Of a stretch of 64,000 bases of DNA, positions 35,164 through 41,540 are shown in pieces. The stretch lies in assembly GCA_036557165.1 (NCBI GenBank), contig DATBIA010000095.1:85909-149908 (forward strand), given 5' to 3'. Within the stretch, counting starts at the first letter, position 1; each line of letters opens with the position of its first letter. The position numbers were made by a program, and so were the translations under genes. The stretch is from Bryobacteraceae bacterium. Its GTDB lineage: Bacteria > Acidobacteriota > Terriglobia > Bryobacterales > Bryobacteraceae. The notes under the pieces are model-generated. The model did not search any database and was not told the DNA's origin. It saw nothing but the letters and a program-made list of their open reading frames with translations.

Positions 35164-35241
35164 TGGTAGGCGGAGCAGGGATTGAACGCTGCAGCCTCCT
35201 CTGTGTTTAATAGAGGCGCTCTACCATTGAGCTATCCGCCT
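35164..35241 (-). tRNA. tRNA-like gene, non-canonical, isotype undetermined
   Basis: The minus strand reads AGGCGGA-TA-GCTC-AATGGTA-GAGC-G-CCTCT-ATTAAACAC-AGAGG-AGGCT-GCAG(C)G-TTCAATC-CCTGC-TCCGCCT-A-CCA. It has a perfect 7-bp acceptor stem, a perfect D arm with GG, a TTCAA T loop and an encoded CCA. The anticodon loop is 9 nt, and an extra C bulges between T-stem positions 52 and 53. Confidence 0.6.
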
Positions 35242-35246
35242 ATTCC

Positions 35247-36302
35247 TCAGGGCACATGCCGGATCAACAATGGTCCCAGCGCCCTGGTCAGCCCCAGAGG
35301 CAGCCGCTGCCAGCACAAAATCGGCAACCGGAACGCCGGGTTCGCCGGGGAATAATTCGGCAAAGTTTTCCCTTTGACTAAGTGTACTTCGTAGGGCAAT
35401 TCGCGTTCCACCATGCCCCAGTGGGATTTGAAATCATAGGAGCCCTTCACTCGCTTGCTGCGGCCGAAATCGAAGACCCGATATCCGTTTTGACCGCCCC
35501 ACCGCATCTGGTCGTAATACATGAAGTTGTTCGGCTGAGCGGCATTGTAGGCAGGATCGGAAGCGCCATAGTACGGCACCACTTGATCGCGAAAATAGAA
35601 GCTGAACACCGCCGCCACTACTTTGCCGTTCAGGGTCACCTCGCGGATGTCCGACATCCCCTGGAATTTTTCCAGGAGTGTCGCGAAATGGCTCCTGGGA
35701 AAACAGGGCGTACCCAGCCGGCGAAGATTTCTCGAATATAGATCCTCGAAAGCGCGGCAATCGGAAAACTCGCGGCGCGAAACCATGCCTTCCTTGAGAG
35801 ACTTCCGAACCGCTGCACGAGTTTTGCGCGGAATCGAGTTCAGGATGGCTTCCTCGTCCGGGCCGATTTCCTGCGTGAAAGTCACGTAACGCGAGATGCG
35901 TGGCAGGCCGGAGCACTGCTGTTCCCAGGCGTTGCGCAGCTCCAGATCGCGGACCTCGAGATCCGAGGCCAGCTGCCTGGCGCGTTCCAGCAGAAGCATC
36001 CGCGCGTCGTCCGAATCGGCCAGAATCCCGCCATAGACGGCAAATGGAGAAGAGATCAGGCGCTTTCCAGTGACGAAGCCGCCCGTCAGAAACAGCGGCA
36101 AGACGGCGCTTATACGCTCCCCGCGCTTGGCTAGAAGATAAAACGGCCGATAGCCGAACGTCCGCTCGATGCTTTCTTTCCAGGCGATTAAGTGGAAGGG
36201 GCTTCCCTGCGGGTGGCCGAAGACGAACCTGTCCCACGCGGCATGATCGGCCGGTTCGAGCTTTCCGGCCGTGATTGCCTCGGTGGCCGTCTGGGCGGGC
36301 AT
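35247..36302 (-). CDS. FemAB-family protein, PEP-CTERM-system-associated type
   Basis: HPQGSPFHLIAWKESIERTFGYRPFYLLAKRGERISAVLPLFL, and the C-terminal region NFMYYDQMRWGGQNGYRVFDFGRS...SYDFKSHWG, typical of the FemAB/aminoacyl-transferase fold. Confidence 0.8.
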   Translation of the reverse strand: MPAQTATEAITAGKLEPADHAAWDRFVFGHPQGSPFHLIAWKESIERTFGYRPFYLLAKRGERISAVLPLFLTGGFVTGKRLISSPFAVYGGILADSDDARMLLLERARQLASDLEVRDLELRNAWEQQCSGLPRISRYVTFTQEIGPDEEAILNSIPRKTRAAVRKSLKEGMVSRREFSDCRAFEDLYSRNLRRLGTPCFPRSHFATLLEKFQGMSDIREVTLNGKVVAAVFSFYFRDQVVPYYGASDPAYNAAQPNNFMYYDQMRWGGQNGYRVFDFGRSKRVKGSYDFKSHWGMVERELPYEVHLVKGKTLPNYSPANPAFRLPILCWQRLPLGLTRALGPLLIRHVP

Positions 36303-36314
36303 AGCGAGTGTTAA

Positions 36315-36330
36315 CGCAACTCCTTTGCCA
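36315..36330 (-). promoter_or_regulatory. sigma-54-type -24/-12 promoter element immediately upstream of the FemAB-family gene
   Basis: The minus strand reads TGGCAAAGGAGTTGCG, a near-consensus match to TGGCAC-N5-TTGC. It ends 12 nt before the ATG at 36302. Confidence 0.45.
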
Positions 36331-36469
36331 ACGTGAGGAGGGTGGGCTTTTGCCTACGCGAGGCTTTAGCTTCGCGATCAGCTGGCGCTTCGTCCTAAAC
36401 TTCTGGCATCATTCCAAAGCCTTGGGAATCAGGGGCTTCCAGTCCGGCCAGCCGATATACTGGCCTTGT

Positions 36470-37072
36470 ATGTGGAAGGCAGTGAAATGGATCGCGGGAA
36501 CGTGCGTGGTCCTGTATATTCTCTTGAGCGCGACCCCGCTGGCGGACGTCTACAGTGCCCCGCTCTATGTCAAGCCCGATCCGCGAAAAAGCGATGCTAT
36601 CGTGCTGATGTCAAGCGGAGCTATCAATGACGAGTGGGTGTCGACGGACGCCGCTCAGCGAACCTGGGGAGCTTTGAACCTATACAGGCAGCGCTACGCT
36701 CCCGTGATTGTCAGTGCGGGCGGCGAGCGCCAGGCGGGGATCCAAGCGAGAATGCTGGAGCAAGCCGGTGTGCCCCATGAGGCGATCGCGATCGAGACGT
36801 CCGCCACAACTCACTATTCGGCGATCGGGCTCTCCCAAATGATGGCGGACCGGGATTGGCGATCGCTGGTGGTGGTGACATCGCAGATGGACGTCCCACG
36901 CGTACGCGGCGTTTTTAGGAAGCTGGGAATTACGGCGTCATACTTCCCCGTGCCTGAGTTCTACATGCCGCAACATTTCCACTTTTTCCGGCGGCCGGCG
37001 TTCGATATCGCTTATCACGCGACCTACGAATACCTGGGGCTTTTGGATTACAAATGGCACGGCTGGATCTAG
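36470..37072 (+). CDS. DUF218 (YdcF/ElyC-like) domain protein
   Basis: Trimmed to the ATG at 36470 (MWKAVKWIAGTCVVLYILL, a signal/TM segment). Motifs: DAIVLMSSGA, VIVSAGGE, ETSATTHYSA, LVVVTSQMDVPR. Confidence 0.7.
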   Translation: MWKAVKWIAGTCVVLYILLSATPLADVYSAPLYVKPDPRKSDAIVLMSSGAINDEWVSTDAAQRTWGALNLYRQRYAPVIVSAGGERQAGIQARMLEQAGVPHEAIAIETSATTHYSAIGLSQMMADRDWRSLVVVTSQMDVPRVRGVFRKLGITASYFPVPEFYMPQHFHFFRRPAFDIAYHATYEYLGLLDYKWHGWI

Positions 37073-37141
37073 CGGCGGAAGATGTTCGCGGCTCGCTGGA
37101 TAGGCTGATTTGTCCGGCCAAGCTATCCTGAGATCAACCCC

Positions 37142-38389
37142 ATGCAGCACGAGGTTGTCGAGGCCGAGGGCCACCTGATCGATTCCCATTTGATGGAGCA
37201 GATCTTCGACACCGTCGTTGAATACGACGGGCAATTCGAAGTTCAGGAGTTCCGGATCGGCCGGACCAATGCCGAGCCTTCGTATTTGCGGCTGCGAGTA
37301 CAAACGGAACAGCCGTCCGATATGGATCAGTTGCTTGGGCAACTGCTCGGGTTGGGTTGTACGCCAGTGGATACCGGCGACGCCGAACTCGCTGTAGTTG
37401 AGAGGGACTGCTGCGCGCCGGAGGATTTCTACTCGACCACCAACCACCGCACGATGGTGCGCTGCGAAGGCGAATGGTACGAAGTGCGGGACCAGCGCAT
37501 GGACGCGATGATCGTGATCTCGGAAGGCCGAGCCGCTTGCCGCCGCTTGCGCGACCTGCGAAAAGGCGATTGTGTGGTGGTGGGCATGCGAGGGATTCGC
37601 GTCATGCCGGAATCGAAAGAGCGCGACCGCCTCGCGTTCGCGTTCATGAGCAACACCATCTCGTCCGAGCGGCAATTGGAAACCGCTGTCCGTCAGACCG
37701 CTGCCTTGCTTGAACAGACGCGCGCGGAGGGAAAAAAAATCGTAGTAGTGGCCGGGCCCGTGGTGGTGCATACGGGAGGCGCTCCGGCGCTCGCGGAGTT
37801 GATTCGAGACGGCTGGGTGAGCGTGCTGCTCGCGGGCAACGCATTGGGGGTACATGACATCGAGGCGGCGCTGTTCGGCACGTCTCTCGGCATCCGCCAG
37901 AGCGACGGCCGGCAAGAAGAACACGGGCATCGCAACCACATGCGGGCGATCAACGCTATCTATCGGGCTGGGGGAATCGCTGAAGCTGTGGAATCGGGCC
38001 GGCTGACACGCGGAATCATGTACGAGTGCGCCATGGCGCGGGTTCCGTTCGTTCTCGCGGGAAGCCTACGCGACGACGGCCCATTGCCGGATACGATTAC
38101 CGATATGAATCGGGCCCAGGACGCCTATGCCGACCAGTTAAAGGGCGCCGGGCTCGTGTTGTGCCTGGGGTCGATGCTGCATTCGATCGCCGTTGGCAAC
38201 ATGTCGCCGAGCTGGGTGAAGATTGTGTGCGTCGACATCAATCCGGCCGTCGCGACGAAAGTAAGCGATCGCGGCACGGGGCAGGCGATCGGCGTCGTCA
38301 CCGACGTCGGACAATTTCTTGGATTATTGGCGGTTCAACTGCGGCGCGAGGGCGGTGAATCGCGGCGCGCGGAGACCTTGGGAAAGTGA
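37142..38389 (+). CDS. LOR/SDH-domain protein (TIGR00300-type; ornithine cyclodeaminase-like family)
   Basis: N-terminus EAEGHLIDSHLMEQIFDTVVEYDGQFEVQEFRIGRTNAEPSYLRLRV resembles the conserved start of this family. 415 aa. Motif: AGNALGVHD. Confidence 0.65.
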   Translation: MQHEVVEAEGHLIDSHLMEQIFDTVVEYDGQFEVQEFRIGRTNAEPSYLRLRVQTEQPSDMDQLLGQLLGLGCTPVDTGDAELAVVERDCCAPEDFYSTTNHRTMVRCEGEWYEVRDQRMDAMIVISEGRAACRRLRDLRKGDCVVVGMRGIRVMPESKERDRLAFAFMSNTISSERQLETAVRQTAALLEQTRAEGKKIVVVAGPVVVHTGGAPALAELIRDGWVSVLLAGNALGVHDIEAALFGTSLGIRQSDGRQEEHGHRNHMRAINAIYRAGGIAEAVESGRLTRGIMYECAMARVPFVLAGSLRDDGPLPDTITDMNRAQDAYADQLKGAGLVLCLGSMLHSIAVGNMSPSWVKIVCVDINPAVATKVSDRGTGQAIGVVTDVGQFLGLLAVQLRREGGESRRAETLGK

Positions 38390-38796
38390 GCCGGCAGTAC
38401 ACTGACAAGCACGCCGAAGCCGGCGTTCGCGCCGAGCTTCCCACAATCGAAACCTGGCCCAACCAGTACCGCACCGGCTATGAAATCGAGATCGCGATGC
38501 CGGAATTTACGTCCGTGTGTCCGAAAACGGGACTGCCGGATCATGGAACGCTGACGTTGCGCTATGTTCCGGATCGGCGTTGCCTTGAGCTCAGATCGTT
38601 GAAAATGTATTCTCTGGCGTATAGGAATGTGGGCATTTTTCAGGAAAACGTAGTGAATCGGGTTCTTCAGGACGTGGTCAAAGCGGCCCAGCCGATTGCC
38701 GCCACAGTGGTGGGAGAATTCGCGGCGCGCGGCGGCATACCGACCAAGATCACGGCTACTTATTCCAAGCGCGGACGATCCAGACATGCACGATGA
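38386..38796 (+). CDS. queF: NADPH-dependent 7-cyano-7-deazaguanine (preQ0) reductase
   Basis: EFTSVCPKTGLPDHGTLTLRYVPDRRCLELRSLKMY carries the catalytic Cys and the QueF motif; the size fits the type I enzyme. The GTG start overlaps the preceding stop. Confidence 0.9.
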   Translation: MSRQYTDKHAEAGVRAELPTIETWPNQYRTGYEIEIAMPEFTSVCPKTGLPDHGTLTLRYVPDRRCLELRSLKMYSLAYRNVGIFQENVVNRVLQDVVKAAQPIAATVVGEFAARGGIPTKITATYSKRGRSRHAR

Positions 38797-40213
38797 CGAG
38801 CTGATGGCCGCGATTCACGAGGTGCGCGCGCGCGCGCGGGCCCGCACGCCTAATGGAAACCTTGGGCTAGAGGGCGTGGCCGCGCCCGACCTAACGCCAC
38901 TGCTTCAAGCGCGTGATGTCGCCGAGGCGAAGGTAGCCGCGATCGGAACCGTCAATCCGCGGCCTCCCGGCTTGAAAAACTCGATCGCGCAAGGATTCAA
39001 GCGACTGATCGCCCGCGCTCTGGATTGGCACGTTCGGGAGCAAGTGGAATTCAACCGGGCCGCCGTGGCCTGCGTTCAAACGACCCTCGACGTTCTAGCC
39101 GAGACGAGCCGCGCGATCGCCGCGCTGGCGTCGCATCATCGGCAGATTCGCGAGGAGATGGAGGCGCGCGAGAAGCCGCTTCGCGAGGCATTGGAAGCCT
39201 ATCATCGCGAGTCCGCCGAAGCGGTGGGAGAAATGCGCGACGTCCGCCGCCACTGGGCCGAGTGGCGTCCGGCCTTTGAAGAGCGGCGCTCGGCGAGCGA
39301 GATTCACATTCTGCGGACCATTTCGGAATTGCAAGGCGCATTTCAACATCGCGTGACGCTGCTGGAGCAAAGCTACCGAGATCTCGCGCGGCAGCAGCAC
39401 GATAGCTTCACCGCCGCCTTGGAGCGCAATACGGTCGACGTGCAGAAGCGGCTGTGGCAGGATCTGGAGCAGATCCGGAGGGAATACGAGGGACTGATCT
39501 ATACCGAGCTGCGCGCGCTGCGTCAAAAGCAAGCGGCGGCGGGAGCGCCCGCGCCTGCGACTCAGACGACTGCGCCTGCGATCGACTGGCTTCGGTTTGC
39601 CGGCGTCTTTCGAGGATCGGAAGATCGCATACGGGAGCGCCAGCGAGGGCACGCGGCTCGTTTCGCGGGCGCAGTCCACGAAATTCTCGACGTCGGCTGC
39701 GGGCGGGGCGAATTTTTGGAAGCCGCGCGCGAGTTGGGCCTCACGGCGCGCGGCGTCGATCTGAGCCAGGAGTGCGTCGCTTTGTGCAGTTCGAGAGGAT
39801 TGGCCGCCGAGCGCGCAGAACTGTTCGAGTTTGTGGCCGGGCTGCCAGACCGTTCCCTTGGCGGCGTTTATTGCTCGCAGGTCGTCGAGCATCTTCCGCC
39901 GGAAAGCGTTCCGGCTTTGGTAGCGCTACTTGCCGCCAAGCTGCATCCCGGCGCCTTGGCGATCATCGAAACTCCGAACCCCGAATGCCTCGCGATTTTC
40001 GCGACGCACTTCTATCTCGATCCGACCCACACCCGGCCAGTACCCGCTCCGCTGCTGCGGTTTTATATGGAGGATGCCGGCTTTGGCAGCATCGAAGTGG
40101 AACGCCTGGCGCCGGCGGTCGAGTCGATGCCCGCGCTGGCGGACCTGCCGCCGTCGGTGCGGGAGGCTTTCTTCGGAGGGCTTGACTACGCGATCCTGGC
40201 GCGGAAATTGTAG
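38786..40213 (+). CDS. class I SAM-dependent methyltransferase with a long N-terminal coiled-coil region
   Basis: Trimmed to the ATG at 38786 (MHDDELMAAIHEV). Motif I ILDVGCGRGEFLE. Further motifs VYCSQVVEHL and LHPGALAIIETPN. Confidence 0.7.
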   Translation: MHDDELMAAIHEVRARARARTPNGNLGLEGVAAPDLTPLLQARDVAEAKVAAIGTVNPRPPGLKNSIAQGFKRLIARALDWHVREQVEFNRAAVACVQTTLDVLAETSRAIAALASHHRQIREEMEAREKPLREALEAYHRESAEAVGEMRDVRRHWAEWRPAFEERRSASEIHILRTISELQGAFQHRVTLLEQSYRDLARQQHDSFTAALERNTVDVQKRLWQDLEQIRREYEGLIYTELRALRQKQAAAGAPAPATQTTAPAIDWLRFAGVFRGSEDRIRERQRGHAARFAGAVHEILDVGCGRGEFLEAARELGLTARGVDLSQECVALCSSRGLAAERAELFEFVAGLPDRSLGGVYCSQVVEHLPPESVPALVALLAAKLHPGALAIIETPNPECLAIFATHFYLDPTHTRPVPAPLLRFYMEDAGFGSIEVERLAPAVESMPALADLPPSVREAFFGGLDYAILARKL

Positions 40214-40225
40214 CATCGGCGCATA

Positions 40226-41116
40226 ATGAAAGGCGTGATTCCCCTGACCGTGATCCTGCTGGCCGGCGGCGCCGCGTTCGCGCAAGATTTTTCCGATATC
40301 CGCGTGGAGACTATCGCACGCGATGTGAATCATGCCGAGGGACCGGTCTGGTCGCTGGATGGATTTCTACTTTTCAGCGACACCGTGACGGACCGAATCG
40401 AGAAATGGGCGCCCGGCAAGGGCGTCTCGGAGTTCGCAAGCCGCGCGGGCGGCGCCAACGGCAACGCTTACGACGAGCAAGGGCGCCTCTATACCTGCGA
40501 ATTCCGCGAAAGACGTGTCACGCGGACCGCCAAAAACGGCAGGATGGACGTGCTCGCGTCGCGCTACGAAGGCAAACGCCTGAACGCGCCCGACGATATC
40601 GTCGTCCGGCGCGATGGCAACGTTTATTTCACCGATCCGGCGTTCGGGAACCAACAGGATTCGCGCGAACTGGATTTCTACGGCGTATTCCGCATCACTG
40701 GCAAGGGCGAGCTGGAGCCGGTCGCGAAATGGACCACTCGGCCGAACGGCATCGCGCTTTCGCCGAACGGGCGTCTACTGTATGTTGCGGATTCCGATGC
40801 GCGGTCGGTGCATGTGTTCGACCTGGACCGCGGCGGATCGGCTTCCAACGATCGCGTTTTTATTCCGAAGGTCGAGGGTGTGCCCGGCGGATTGCGCACG
40901 GACGAAAAGGGAAATCTCTACGTCGCGGCAAAGTATTTATCGGCATATTCGCCGCGGGGAGAGCTGCTGCATGATATTCATTTGTCCCAATCGCCCACCA
41001 ATCTCACATTTGGCGATCCGGATTTTTCCACGCTCTATATCACGGCTCGCAACGCGGTTTACCGGGTCCGAATCGGCGTGAAAGGGGCCCTTCAGTATGC
41101 GGCGCAGGTACCCTAA
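40226..41116 (+). CDS. SMP-30/gluconolactonase/LRE-family protein (secreted)
   Basis: Signal peptide MKGVIPLTVILLAGGAAFA. Motifs: EGPVW, NAPDDIVVRRDGNVYFTDP, PNGIALSPNGRLLYVADS, TNLTFG. Confidence 0.8.
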   Translation: MKGVIPLTVILLAGGAAFAQDFSDIRVETIARDVNHAEGPVWSLDGFLLFSDTVTDRIEKWAPGKGVSEFASRAGGANGNAYDEQGRLYTCEFRERRVTRTAKNGRMDVLASRYEGKRLNAPDDIVVRRDGNVYFTDPAFGNQQDSRELDFYGVFRITGKGELEPVAKWTTRPNGIALSPNGRLLYVADSDARSVHVFDLDRGGSASNDRVFIPKVEGVPGGLRTDEKGNLYVAAKYLSAYSPRGELLHDIHLSQSPTNLTFGDPDFSTLYITARNAVYRVRIGVKGALQYAAQVP

Positions 41117-41540
41117 GCATCCATTGCTAGGAGTCGGCGCGCTCATTTTCACGCGAGCCGGAAGGCGCGGCCCGATTCTTCTCATCGAGCGCGGGGGCAA
41201 GCCGCTGAAGGGCTATTGGTCGCTTCCGGGAGGCCTGGTCGAACCGGGCGAACAACTCGAAGAAGCGGTGCGCCGCGAAGTGGAGGAAGAAACCGGGCTG
41301 CGCATCGAGCCGACGCGTCTGTTCGAAATCTTCCAGCGCATCATGCGCGACTCCCAGGGCCGCGTGGAGTACCACTACGTGCTCGCCGATTACGTTTGCA
41401 GAGTGGTGGGAGGCAAATTGCGCGCGGGGGACGACGTGAGCCGGGCGGAATGGGCGCGGCGCTCGGAATTGCAGCACTATCGCCTGACCGAGGGAACGCT
41501 CGAAGTAATTGAGCGCGCTTTTTCGAGCGATGCACGTTAA
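41097..41540 (+). CDS. NUDIX hydrolase
   Basis: Nudix box GYWSLPGGLVEPGEQLEEAVRREVEEETGL. Confidence 0.85.
   Translation: MRRRYPKHPLLGVGALIFTRAGRRGPILLIERGGKPLKGYWSLPGGLVEPGEQLEEAVRREVEEETGLRIEPTRLFEIFQRIMRDSQGRVEYHYVLADYVCRVVGGKLRAGDDVSRAEWARRSELQHYRLTEGTLEVIERAFSSDAR

Noticed and set aside
35164-35241. Reading the tRNA-like element as an ordinary decoder tRNA, for example anticodon AAA with an A-C closing pair, or UAA.
   Set aside because: Forcing a 7-nt loop requires an A-C mismatch, gives A34 and a pyrimidine at position 37, and still leaves the T-stem bulge. UAA would imply tRNA-Leu, but the variable arm is only 5 nt. No isotype can be assigned from the sequence alone.
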